Positions 21,221-30,742 of a stretch of 64,000 bases of DNA are shown here, one piece after another (the stretch's first letter is position 1; each line of letters starts with the position of its first letter). Source of the DNA: Bdellovibrionota bacterium (GTDB lineage: Bacteria; Bdellovibrionota_G; JALEGL01; DATDPG01); the NCBI GenBank assembly GCA_963668355.1, contig OY764265.1, forward strand, positions 960,001 to 1,024,000, given 5' to 3'. The notes beneath the pieces were generated by a model. That model made no database searches. It saw only the letters and a list, made by a program, of their open reading frames with translations, and was not told the DNA's origin. Both the position numbers and the translations under genes were made by a program.

Positions 21221-22000
21221 CTATTTTCCGATCAGAATTTCCGCCCGCTCGATGGCGCGAGAGGCAATTCCTGGAGGCACATCAATGGAAAAATGACTGG
21301 AAGGAATGGGCTCATTTGGAAAAACTTTTCGGAACTTCACAGACAAAGCTCCCTCAGAAGTCGAAAGAGAAAGTCGAGATGGATAAGACCCGACCGGGGT
21401 CGACATGGGACGACCATATCGAATCACAAGATTCCGATCTCCCTTTTCTCGAATAGACTCCAACCAACCCGAACGATTGATCTTCCAAACCTGTACATTT
21501 TTTCCATCTTTCATGGTGATGGTTTTTACTCCTCGGCGAACGTGCATTTTTGTGATGTTGCCTTTGGGTTCTGGAATGTACCCCAAGAGCAAACTTACCC
21601 ACTCCTGCGTGGAAATGCGAATGCCCAACAAACTGGCCATTCCGGTCTCTCCCTCTCCTTCGTAATGAAGGGCTTTGGCCGGAATATAGAGTCGTATATG
21701 GTTCTCGATGGCGTTGGCTTGGGAAACCGGAAAACCAAAACCTCCAGCTTCCACAAAAAATTTAGACGGGAACTCGGCTAAAAACCACGCATGAAACCGA
21801 ACGGCCCGTCCCGGCCTCCGGAATTCGACTCGCCCCTCAGCCTTCAGGCTGGTGAGTTGGGCACGACCAAGGTGAACCGAATGTAGAAGCTCTTCGACTT
21901 CAGGTGGAACTTGCGAAACTTTTGGTTGGGAAGCACACCCCACCAAGCTCAACAGAATCCCGAAAACACTTACTAAAAGACTATTTCGCATCCAACTCAT
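21221..22000 (-). CDS. Lipoprotein, LolB-like/DUF4292-like
   Basis: Lipobox LLSLVG-C; strand-rich pattern SLKAEGRV...F..W.....P.K..VE..G.GF; LLG.P-like helix pair; follows a TPR lipoprotein gene. Confidence 0.55.
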   Translation of the reverse strand: MSWMRNSLLVSVFGILLSLVGCASQPKVSQVPPEVEELLHSVHLGRAQLTSLKAEGRVEFRRPGRAVRFHAWFLAEFPSKFFVEAGGFGFPVSQANAIENHIRLYIPAKALHYEGEGETGMASLLGIRISTQEWVSLLLGYIPEPKGNITKMHVRRGVKTITMKDGKNVQVWKINRSGWLESIREKGDRNLVIRYGRPMSTPVGSYPSRLSLSTSEGALSVKFRKVFPNEPIPSSHFSIDVPPGIASRAIERAEILIGK

Positions 22001-23741
22001 TGATCTTCTCCTTAATGCGGTCCATGTCCTTCTTTTCTTGGGTGAATTTCAAGGCCTCCTGATAAAACTTTTTCGCCTTTCCCGTATTTTCCTTTTGTTT
22101 CCATACATCCCCCAAATGTTCCAAAATGACGGGTTCTTCCGGAATGAGTTCCGCTGCCTTTTCCAACCACTTGAGCCCTTCTTCCGTTTTACCCAATTTA
22201 ATCTTTACCCAGCCCAAGCTGTCGGTAATGAATCCGTCCTCGGGTTTGACCTCCAGGGCTCGACGAATCAAAATTTCCGCCTCCTCCAAGTGAATGCCCT
22301 TTTCCGCGAAGCTATAACCTAAATAATTTAACGCATTGGCGTGATCCGAGTTGAGCTCAATGACTCTTCGCATACACTCTTCCATCTTGGCAAACCGATC
22401 CAGCCTGTCATAGACCTCCCCCAAAGCAAACCAAAGGGTTTCATTCTTGGGCTTCTTTTGGAGTGCCTTTTCCAACACGCCAACCGCGTCTTCCCCACGT
22501 TCCATCAAAATATACATATGGGCCAAGCTCGCCAGAATTTCGTCTGCATCCGGCTCATGTTTCAAACCTTCCCGAAGCGCTCGCTCAGCTGCGGAAAGAT
22601 TTCCATCTTTTTGCCACAAAAAGGCCAAGGCCAGACGACCATCGACATAAACATCTGACTTCGGAGAAATTCTGGAAAAATGCCTCCTGGCGGAGTCATT
22701 CTGATTCAAACGTTCCCGTGTCAATCCAACGTAATAGTGAAGACGATCCTTCTCAGGAACATCCTTTAAAAGAGAGGAAAACTCTCGATCGGCCGCCTTG
22801 TACTGTTGTGTTTGAAAATAAATCAACCCGAGGCGCAATCTTGCCGTAAAATTCTGAGGATCCTGTTGCCCCACCACTTTCAGTTCCTTCTCTGCTTTGG
22901 GAAGATTCCCGGAATCCAAATACACCTCGGCCAAATGCGCACGAACCGAAAGATTGTCTGGCTCAATGAGCAAAATCTTTTCAAAAGCCTCAACCGCCTT
23001 CTGTTGATCTCCCTGAAACTCGTGGATCAGTGCAATGGCCTTGAGGGCAGATAGAAAATTGGAATTGATTTCCAAAGACTTCTCGTAAGCGGCCAATGCG
23101 AGATCCAGTTGGTTGGTCTCTGAATACACTCTTCCCAAATAGTAATAACCAAACAAACTGGATGGATTTGTCTGGACCAAGTCTTTTAAGGTTTCGATCG
23201 CCTTGTCCGAACGGCCCGATTCCAAGTAGATGGAGGAAAGAGCGATGATTCCCTCTTCATCCTCAGGATCAATCTTTACGACTTCCTGAAAAGCCTCTTC
23301 GCTGGCGGGCCATTGACTTTGTGACGCCGCAATCCTACCGATCAACATCCAAGCTTCGCGAGATTTAGGATTCAGTTCTGCGGCTTTCCGAGCATATTGT
23401 TCCGACTGTTTCCAGTCCCCTTTCCTGGCAAAAAGCATCGCCAAACGTAGATACAAAAGAGGTTCCTGAGGATTTTTCTCAAGGGCCTTCTCATAGGCTT
23501 CGATCGAATCCTCTGTTTTGCCCTGATTGGCCAACCGATAGGCCTCGAGAAATTCGGCATAGGTCTCCGCCATGGGGGCCTCAATCGGCCAATGTGCATC
23601 GTGTCCCGGTCCCCGAAACACCGGCCTTTTTTCCGCACAACCCGCTCCCACCAATAATAAGGTGAAAAGCGATGTCAGCACATGCATAAACTTCCGGTTC
23701 GTGTTCCTTGGGGCGATTATTCTCGTTCTAAAAAAGTTCAT
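21981..23741 (-). CDS. Tetratricopeptide-repeat lipoprotein
   Basis: Lipobox LVGAG-C; many TPRs; C-terminal ALNYLGYSFAE..AL...P.DG.I.DSLGW..EHLGDV, typical of the PA4667/LbcA-like family. Confidence 0.88.
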   Translation of the reverse strand: MNFFRTRIIAPRNTNRKFMHVLTSLFTLLLVGAGCAEKRPVFRGPGHDAHWPIEAPMAETYAEFLEAYRLANQGKTEDSIEAYEKALEKNPQEPLLYLRLAMLFARKGDWKQSEQYARKAAELNPKSREAWMLIGRIAASQSQWPASEEAFQEVVKIDPEDEEGIIALSSIYLESGRSDKAIETLKDLVQTNPSSLFGYYYLGRVYSETNQLDLALAAYEKSLEINSNFLSALKAIALIHEFQGDQQKAVEAFEKILLIEPDNLSVRAHLAEVYLDSGNLPKAEKELKVVGQQDPQNFTARLRLGLIYFQTQQYKAADREFSSLLKDVPEKDRLHYYVGLTRERLNQNDSARRHFSRISPKSDVYVDGRLALAFLWQKDGNLSAAERALREGLKHEPDADEILASLAHMYILMERGEDAVGVLEKALQKKPKNETLWFALGEVYDRLDRFAKMEECMRRVIELNSDHANALNYLGYSFAEKGIHLEEAEILIRRALEVKPEDGFITDSLGWVKIKLGKTEEGLKWLEKAAELIPEEPVILEHLGDVWKQKENTGKAKKFYQEALKFTQEKKDMDRIKEKINELDAK

Positions 23742-23768
23742 TCAGTCCAATTCCTCCGCTGAATCGGC

Positions 23769-24497
23769 TCAGCTTCTCATCTTTTCAAAAAACAGACTTC
23801 GAATCAGCGCGACCGCACTCAAAGCTGCATTTTCCGTTCTCAACACATACGGGCCCAGACAAATTTTCAAAAAACCTTCCGCCTCAAGCTCCTCACGCTC
23901 TGAATCCGACCATCCACCTTCCGGCCCCACAAGCACACTCACCGTTTTGGGCCGATTTCCCAAAATACTCGTCACGCCTTGGGCTGAGCGATCGGTGTCA
24001 AACATCAGCTTCATATCGGCTTGTGTTCGCCTCTTCAGTTCCTGAAAAGAAACCGGGCCTACAATTTCAGGAAGATACGGGTTCCCGCTTTGGCGCATAG
24101 CTTCTTGGGCAACCCGCTCCCAACGATGATGCTGGCCAAAAGAGGCTTTGGCGACTGAAAATTCAGACTCCGCAAAAACGATGCGCCCAACTCCCCACTC
24201 AACGGACCGACGGATCACCTCCGAGGCCTTTTCTCCCTTGGGTAGTGCATAACCGAGCGTGATCTCTGGATCTGGGCGGGCCTCTGTCTGAACCGAGATC
24301 ACGCGAAGCATGGCCCGGTTGCGCTTTAAACTGATCAACTCAGATACGCGAGAACCTCCCTGACCGTCCAACAAACTGACCCTTTGTCCAGGTTTCAGCC
24401 GAAGCACTCGGGACAGAATATGCGCGGGTTCATTCACTAGCTCGATCTCATGTCCAGGACCCTGAGTCGATGGAGCAAATAACCGAACCATTTTCAT
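23769..24497 (-). CDS. rsmE: 16S rRNA m3U1498 methyltransferase
   Basis: H...VLRLKPG, K.......E.GV, EA..QS, VGPEGGW...E, LG..VLRTENA. Confidence 0.93.
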   Translation of the reverse strand: MKMVRLFAPSTQGPGHEIELVNEPAHILSRVLRLKPGQRVSLLDGQGGSRVSELISLKRNRAMLRVISVQTEARPDPEITLGYALPKGEKASEVIRRSVEWGVGRIVFAESEFSVAKASFGQHHRWERVAQEAMRQSGNPYLPEIVGPVSFQELKRRTQADMKLMFDTDRSAQGVTSILGNRPKTVSVLVGPEGGWSDSEREELEAEGFLKICLGPYVLRTENAALSAVALIRSLFFEKMRS

Positions 24498-24602
24498 GAC
24501 AGGTCTCCCCACGCCGCAACCCCTTGGATTCCTGGATTGTTATAGATCACGCTGGCAGCATAATCGGAAACGAAACACAAGGAAATGGTCCCCTTGAAGC
24601 CT

Positions 24603-24632
24603 TTGACATCAACCTTTCACACAGGCTACTTT
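24603..24632 (+). promoter_or_regulatory. Sigma-70 promoter, probably giving a leaderless transcript
   Basis: TTGACA (24603-24608), N18, TACTTT (24627-24632), then 7 nt and ATG 24640; no Shine-Dalgarno. Confidence 0.6.
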
Positions 24633-24639
24633 CAGACTC

Positions 24640-24921
24640 ATGAGACTCAAACCAGAAGAAATCACCTCAATTGTGCGAAGGTTGCTCCAAACATGGGTCG
24701 AAAGTCCTCATGTCGAACTGCTTCAAGATGCTTCAAAAGTGAAAATCATTTTGGAGAGTATTTTGACCAAGGAAATTCAAGCAGAAGAAAACTTAGACGA
24801 AGAAGTAGAAAAGCTCCTGGGAAAATATGAAAAGGAGTTTGCGAAGGGAACATTGGATCGACGAAAAATGTTTCAAATGGCGAAGGCCCAACTGGCTAAA
24901 GAAAAAGGAATCGTTCTATGA
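24640..24921 (+). CDS. DUF507 family protein
   Basis: MRL..E.I..I, E..LDEEV..LL..Y, D.RKMF...K..LAKEKGIVL. Confidence 0.8.
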   Translation: MRLKPEEITSIVRRLLQTWVESPHVELLQDASKVKIILESILTKEIQAEENLDEEVEKLLGKYEKEFAKGTLDRRKMFQMAKAQLAKEKGIVL

Positions 24922-25190
24922 AGATTTCGGAAAACCAAGTTTCTCACTTTTCAAACATCCTCATGCACGGAGCCGAGAAACAAAAAGCCATACGTTGCGT
25001 CGACTCCCACCAAGTTTTAAAAACCACAAAAGAAGTTTTTCAGTCATTCCTTCGAGTCAATGACGAAACTGACGCCTTTGTTCGGAAAAAAATTGCTTCC
25101 TCATCCCGGTCCATCCCGGAAGGCAGCCGAGAATGGGACATTCTGTATCGAAAGTACTTTGAGGAGGAAATGAAAAAGCGGTGGCGTTGA
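24918..25190 (+). CDS. DUF507 family protein (second paralogue)
   Basis: MKIS...VSH, D..VR.KI.S.SR.IPEGSREWDILYRKYFEEEM; ATGA-coupled to the previous gene. Confidence 0.8.
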   Translation: MKISENQVSHFSNILMHGAEKQKAIRCVDSHQVLKTTKEVFQSFLRVNDETDAFVRKKIASSSRSIPEGSREWDILYRKYFEEEMKKRWR

Positions 25191-26974
25191 AGCAGCTTCA
25201 CGACAAAAATTTTCGCTTTTGGTTTCCGGCTCTTCTTTTTTTTGGTTCGTTTCTTTTTCTTCGCTTTTGGGGGCTCGGAGACAAGCCCTACCATCATGAC
25301 GAGTCTCTTTATGCGATTGAGTCTTGGAGATATGCCGAAAAGGCTCTGTATCAATTCAACCCCATGCTTCACGGGCCATTCTTATTTCACCTTCAAGCCC
25401 TCTTATTTAAAATTTTTCCCATCAACGACTTCACGGGTCGCTTGCCCGTAGCCTTAGCCAACCTTGGGACACTACTTCTTGGCGCGTTTGTTTTTCGTCA
25501 AAACCGACTGGCCACAATCATTTGGCTTGCTCTGTTCACTTTTTCGCCAATCATGGCTTATTTCGCACGTTTCCTCGGAATGGATTCTTTAATGACGTTT
25601 TTGGGAATCCTTCTTCTGGTTTCTTGCCTTCAACTCATTAAAACCAAAAAAGTTTCTTATTTGTATCTCACGTTTCTTTGCATTTCTTTGATGTATTGCA
25701 CGAAACTCAATTCTCTTTTTTACTTTTTTGCTTTTTCAACCTTCGGCATCCTCTGCGTCTCACGATTCCCCCACATTCGGACGCAGCTCGGTTTTCTAAA
25801 AACGTTTCGCTGGCATTGGCTGGGAGCCTTCGTTCTTGCTTCCATTGTTTTCATCTTTCTATTTTCTTCCATGGGCAGCCATTGGGATGGAGTTCTGGAT
25901 GGGCTCTACCGCAAGATGATTCCATACTGGGTGAAACAGCATTCAATTCAGAGAATCAAAGGGCCCTTCCACTATTACATTCCCTACCTCGTTCTTTACG
26001 AGCTTCCACTCCTTTTGATCCTGCTTGGGACCTTTTTGTACAGAACTCACAAAACCAAAAAAAGTCGCCGCGAACTTACTTGGCTGCTGTTTTGTTTCTT
26101 CGTGACATGGGGAATCCTTTCCCAATTTTGGAAAGCCATCCTTCCGTTCATGGACAAAGCCCTTCATATGACGCATCCCATCCACCTTTCCCTAGCGATT
26201 GCGTTGGTATGGAGCGTGGCTTTATTGGTAAGAAATCACTTTAAAAAACAGGAATTTCTGTTGGCATTCTTTGCCTACTGGGCAGGCATTTCTTTTCTTC
26301 TGTATTCCTATGCTGGAGAAAAAATTCCTTGGTTGAGCGTACATATTTTACTCCCGCTTTTGCTCTACACTTCCCTGACGCTGAGTCAGTTTTTCCGACA
26401 GGGCATCCGTTCCGTCCAAGCAAAATGGTTTGTCGTTCTTCTTGCAGGCATGGGTTTAGGTTGGCAGGCTTTAAACACCTACCGAGCCACACATCTCATG
26501 TCAGCCGATCCCAGAGAGAGTCTGGTCTATACTCACACGTCTTGGGAGATGCTAGATCTCGTCAATAATATTGAGACCGTGGCCACAGAAACCGGAGCCG
26601 GAAAAACGATTAGCTTGCAAGTGATTGGAATGGGCGCGTGGCCCCTATATTGGTACCTAAGAGATTATGACCGTTGGTTCTATGAAAGAGTAGAAATGGA
26701 CCGTGAACCTTGGATTGTCGTTCACGACTGGAAAAACCACAAAAGAATTTCCAATCTTGTGGGCCCCAACTATCGACAAGAAAGATTTAAACTTCGCGAA
26801 TGGTGGGTTCCGGATTTAACAAAAATGACCGTTTGGAATGCTATTCGTTATTATTTTACACGCGAACCGTTTAGCATTTTAGGTAGTCAAGACATTGTTG
26901 TCTTCATTCGAAAGGATCTGCTTGCGGTTTGGCCTCAATTAATTTCGGGAGACAACCACACCAAGGCGGATTGA
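25181..26974 (+). CDS. TIGR03663/Agl23-like GT-C (PMT/ArnT-like) integral membrane protein
   Basis: LRFWGL...PYHHDE, Y.FNP.LHGP, GRLPVA, FSP...YFARF, K.N, GPFHYY...L..YE, EKIPWL..H, YTHTS, WPL.WYLR; multiple TM helices. Confidence 0.75.
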   Translation: MALKQLHDKNFRFWFPALLFFGSFLFLRFWGLGDKPYHHDESLYAIESWRYAEKALYQFNPMLHGPFLFHLQALLFKIFPINDFTGRLPVALANLGTLLLGAFVFRQNRLATIIWLALFTFSPIMAYFARFLGMDSLMTFLGILLLVSCLQLIKTKKVSYLYLTFLCISLMYCTKLNSLFYFFAFSTFGILCVSRFPHIRTQLGFLKTFRWHWLGAFVLASIVFIFLFSSMGSHWDGVLDGLYRKMIPYWVKQHSIQRIKGPFHYYIPYLVLYELPLLLILLGTFLYRTHKTKKSRRELTWLLFCFFVTWGILSQFWKAILPFMDKALHMTHPIHLSLAIALVWSVALLVRNHFKKQEFLLAFFAYWAGISFLLYSYAGEKIPWLSVHILLPLLLYTSLTLSQFFRQGIRSVQAKWFVVLLAGMGLGWQALNTYRATHLMSADPRESLVYTHTSWEMLDLVNNIETVATETGAGKTISLQVIGMGAWPLYWYLRDYDRWFYERVEMDREPWIVVHDWKNHKRISNLVGPNYRQERFKLREWWVPDLTKMTVWNAIRYYFTREPFSILGSQDIVVFIRKDLLAVWPQLISGDNHTKAD

Positions 26975-29499
26975 TCGAGCAACAAGTAATGCCGAGCGGC
27001 CTCTTGGATCTCCTCGGCTGAGACCCCACGTATCCGTTCCGGATAGTCTTCTAAATCTTTTTCGTTCTGAAAAAGCTCACCGGAAGCGAGGTAGGCAGCC
27101 TGAGAAATGCTTCTTTGCAACTCCAACTCATAAATTCCTGCCAAATAGTTTTTCACTCGGCTTAGCTCAGCATCCGAAACTTCCTCCGTTTTTAAGCGTT
27201 GGAGCTGTTCTCGAACCTCTCGATAGGCTTCCTGGGCATACTCTGGAGTTGTATTCAAACCAATCTGTAAACACCCCGTGTCCCAGCCACACAGCAGCGT
27301 GCAGTCTACGGAGTAAACCAAACCTCTCTCCTCACGAAGCCCGTCATATAAACGACCTCCGCCGGAGCTGGATAAAATGGCAGACAAAACTTCTGCTGCA
27401 TATCGATCCGAGGCCAAACGTGAGGGCCCCAAAAAACCATAGTTGAGATACGTCTTCTCCCCATGAATGGGACGCTTCAACTCCTTGATCTGCTGAAGTT
27501 GAATATCGGCAGGATCGAAAGAAAAAGTTCTTTCCCGATTCTCTAAATCTCCAAACAATTCCTGAATGCGATCTTTCAACTCCTCAACGTCGTGATCTCC
27601 TGAAATGCCCAAAACCAGGCTTCGCGGCTGAAGGATAAACTGCTGTCGTTCTCTGAGTTTTTCGGCATTTAAGTCTTTCAAAGAGGATTCTTGCCCGAGC
27701 AGGTTGAGACCGTAGGGGTGCTCTCCAAACAGCGTCTGCTGAAAGAGTTGGGTAGCTAAAACCTCAAAATAGTCCTGTTGGATATCAAGCTCTCTCAATT
27801 GGATTTCTCGTTCCTGCTCAACCGCCTCTTGAGGAAAACGAGGAAAAAACAAGATCTCTCCAAATAATTTTAAGGCTTCAAAAAAACTGGATCGGACCGC
27901 CTCCATTCGAGCCCCTTGTGAACTCTGGCCAACAAAGCCTCCCATATCGGCCTGATGTTCCATCAAGCTCCTCATTAATGCTTCATGAGAAAGGTGTCGG
28001 GTCCCACGATCGACTGTGGATGCCATCAAATAGGAGATGCCATTGTTTTTTGAAGTTTCACTACGAAGACCACCGGGAGCCAAAGCATAAATTCCCGTTA
28101 CCGGAGATTCGGGGACTTCTCGGAACACAACTCTTAACCCGTTCTCCAAGGTCCATCGCGTGACTTTTGCGCGCTCTAGAAGTGTCGAAACCGCCCGCAC
28201 ACTTTTCTTCGTGGAACAGGCCGCCCGAATGTCTTCATCGGAGGGAAGCTTCGCATGTTGAGGCGCCAAGAAAGCAATGCTCGCCAGACTTCCTTTCAGA
28301 TAAGCTTCGGCTGCTCGCTGAACATCATCTTCAGAAACACTCAAAAGCCGTTTTCGGTACACCTCTTCCATCTCAGCGGCCCCAAAGGCGTGTTGAAAAT
28401 AGGCCAGTGTTCGCGTTCGTCCTTCCAACGTCTCAGCATTGAAAAAAATCTCTTTATCGATCAAGAGCTTGGCCCGAGCCAACTCGGCTCCCGAAACCCC
28501 CTCCTCCTTTAATTTTCGAATTTGATGGAAAATTTCCTTCAAACACGAAAGCTCAGCTCCCTCATTTAAAAGTGCTCGAATTAAGAATAAGCCCGTTTGA
28601 TTTTGGGAAAACATCTGAGAACCAATGCTCCGAACCCATTCCTTTTCCAAGCGAAGGGATTTGTACAACCTCGAGGTTTCCGCATCACCGAGAATCACAG
28701 AGAGAACATCTAAAACAGGGGTCATCTCATGTTGGACGTTCGGTGCCGGAAAGGCGATTTCCATCACGCGTTCGTGGTTTCCACGATGAATCCTGACGAT
28801 GGAGGGATTTCCGAATTTTGGTTCTTCAATTTCAAACGGTGTTTTCGAAGAATGGTTTTTCGCTTGAAAACTTTCCTCAAGAAGCGAAAGCAGCCCGCTC
28901 CAATCCACAGGACCCGCAACAGCCAAAATCATACGATGGGGTTGATACACCTTTTGGTAATAGTCTCTCAGAGCATCCAAACTGAGAGACTTAATCGTAT
29001 GTTCGTTGCCAATGACAGGTCTCCCAAAGCCATGATCCCCATATAAGGAGCCCCAAAGTTTTTCAGACAGAAGATAGTCTCCTGAATCTCTTCCCTCCGA
29101 AAGTTCCTCCAAAATAACTTTTCGTTCTTTTTCGAAGTCTTCTTCATCCAACTTCGCGCAAAGAATCATTTCCAGGACAATGCGCAAACCCTCTTCCCAA
29201 TGCCGACGAGAAACCGAAAGCTGAAAAGAGGTTTCCTCAAAAGAGGTGAATGCGTTGATCGTACCTCCAAGCTGTTCCACTTGATCATTCCAAGAGCACC
29301 ACTGAGAACCCGAGGAACCCTTGAACACCATATGCTCCATAAAATGTGAAACCCCCGACAGTGCCTCTGGCTCATGTGCGCTACCGGCTTGGAGTAAGAA
29401 ATGATAGGATACGGACAAACTCGTAGGAGAAGGTTCGTGAATGAGAGTAAAGCCATTTGAAAACACAAACGTTTGAATTTTTCGTTCACGAAGCGTCAT
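26935..29499 (-). CDS. M16 family zinc protease (two-module pitrilysin-like)
   Basis: G.SHFMEHMVFKGS (HxxEH), NAFTS.E.T, E..VILEE; the second half is an inactive repeat with LREERGLVYS. Confidence 0.9.
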   Translation of the reverse strand: MTLRERKIQTFVFSNGFTLIHEPSPTSLSVSYHFLLQAGSAHEPEALSGVSHFMEHMVFKGSSGSQWCSWNDQVEQLGGTINAFTSFEETSFQLSVSRRHWEEGLRIVLEMILCAKLDEEDFEKERKVILEELSEGRDSGDYLLSEKLWGSLYGDHGFGRPVIGNEHTIKSLSLDALRDYYQKVYQPHRMILAVAGPVDWSGLLSLLEESFQAKNHSSKTPFEIEEPKFGNPSIVRIHRGNHERVMEIAFPAPNVQHEMTPVLDVLSVILGDAETSRLYKSLRLEKEWVRSIGSQMFSQNQTGLFLIRALLNEGAELSCLKEIFHQIRKLKEEGVSGAELARAKLLIDKEIFFNAETLEGRTRTLAYFQHAFGAAEMEEVYRKRLLSVSEDDVQRAAEAYLKGSLASIAFLAPQHAKLPSDEDIRAACSTKKSVRAVSTLLERAKVTRWTLENGLRVVFREVPESPVTGIYALAPGGLRSETSKNNGISYLMASTVDRGTRHLSHEALMRSLMEHQADMGGFVGQSSQGARMEAVRSSFFEALKLFGEILFFPRFPQEAVEQEREIQLRELDIQQDYFEVLATQLFQQTLFGEHPYGLNLLGQESSLKDLNAEKLRERQQFILQPRSLVLGISGDHDVEELKDRIQELFGDLENRERTFSFDPADIQLQQIKELKRPIHGEKTYLNYGFLGPSRLASDRYAAEVLSAILSSSGGGRLYDGLREERGLVYSVDCTLLCGWDTGCLQIGLNTTPEYAQEAYREVREQLQRLKTEEVSDAELSRVKNYLAGIYELELQRSISQAAYLASGELFQNEKDLEDYPERIRGVSAEEIQEAARHYLLLDQSALVWLSPEIN

Positions 29500-30700
29500 G
29501 AAGAGCGGCAAGCTACTCAAGAAACCCAAAACTGTAAAGACAACCCCGTCTCCCTTGGCGCTTTACGTCCATATCCCCTTTTGTCTTTCAAAATGTTCCT
29601 ACTGTGATTTTTACTCCGTCGTTGATGTCTCTGGAGACATTGTGGGTGACTACGTAAAAAGTCTCATTTCGGAGTTGTCTCTGCATGATGCATTGGGATG
29701 GCGCGACCGAGAAGTTTCATCCATTTTTTTCGGAGGAGGCACCCCCAGTCTCCTTTCGAAAAAACAACTCGCCGAAATTCTCCGGAAAATTTCAAACACC
29801 CTTCCCCTCTCCCCCCATGCGGAAATCACCTTGGAAATGAATCCGGAAACGGTGTCGGACAAACACGCTATCGCGTGGAAAGAAATGGGATTCAATCGGG
29901 CCAGCCTGGGAATTCAATCGTTTCGCTCTAGAGAACTTGAACGACTGGGGCGCATTCACTCGAAAGAGCGTTCGCTTGAAGCCTTTTTCACCTTAAGAAA
30001 AGCCGGCTTTGACAACATCAGCGTAGACCTCATGTTTGGACTGCCCAATCAAAGCCTGAAGGATTGGAAAGAAAGCCTCGCCATCCTCAATCAGCTATCT
30101 CCCGAACACGTCTCCGCCTACCAACTCACGCTAGAACCCGAAACGCCGATGGAAAGAGACTGGCAAAATCACCTGTTTCACTTGCCCTCGGAGGACCTTC
30201 AAATTGAGTACTTGGAAATCACTCGCCAAACTCTTGAAAAACAGGGTTTTAATGCTTACGAACTCTCTAATTATGCAAAACCCGGTCGCGAATGTCGTCA
30301 CAATTTGGCCTATTGGACCGGAGCCGAATATTGGGGGGTGGGATCCTCTGCCCATTCGTTTCAGTGGAGGAATCAACCCCCTCTTCGATTCTGGCATCCC
30401 AAAGACCTTCACACCTATATTTTGTCCTTGAAGGAAGGGCAGCTCCCCCCGCTGGAGAAAGAAAGCTTGAGTCCCGAAATCCTTGGGTTCGATTGGCTCA
30501 CCACAGGCCTTCGCCTAGAAAAGGGGATTGATTTCAGTGGGTTAGATAAAAACCCCCAAGTCCACTTTTCGCCCGAGACCCGCCAAAAAATCAAAGAATT
30601 TATCGGAAGCGGACATTTGACGGAATCCGCTGGGTGCCTATCCTTCACCTCGTCTGGCCGGTGGGTGGCAAATGAAATCTTTCGAGAACTGCTCCCGTGA
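29498..30700 (+). CDS. hemW: Radical SAM heme chaperone HemW
   Basis: LYVHIPFCLSKCSYCDF, FGGGTPS, EITLEMNP, DLMFGLP.Q, YELSNYA, diagnostic HNLAYW. Start uncertain. Confidence 0.92.
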   Translation: MKSGKLLKKPKTVKTTPSPLALYVHIPFCLSKCSYCDFYSVVDVSGDIVGDYVKSLISELSLHDALGWRDREVSSIFFGGGTPSLLSKKQLAEILRKISNTLPLSPHAEITLEMNPETVSDKHAIAWKEMGFNRASLGIQSFRSRELERLGRIHSKERSLEAFFTLRKAGFDNISVDLMFGLPNQSLKDWKESLAILNQLSPEHVSAYQLTLEPETPMERDWQNHLFHLPSEDLQIEYLEITRQTLEKQGFNAYELSNYAKPGRECRHNLAYWTGAEYWGVGSSAHSFQWRNQPPLRFWHPKDLHTYILSLKEGQLPPLEKESLSPEILGFDWLTTGLRLEKGIDFSGLDKNPQVHFSPETRQKIKEFIGSGHLTESAGCLSFTSSGRWVANEIFRELLP

Positions 30701-30742
30701 GGGTGGACATTTCAGATGCTTTTCGGCACTAAGAGATGAAGA

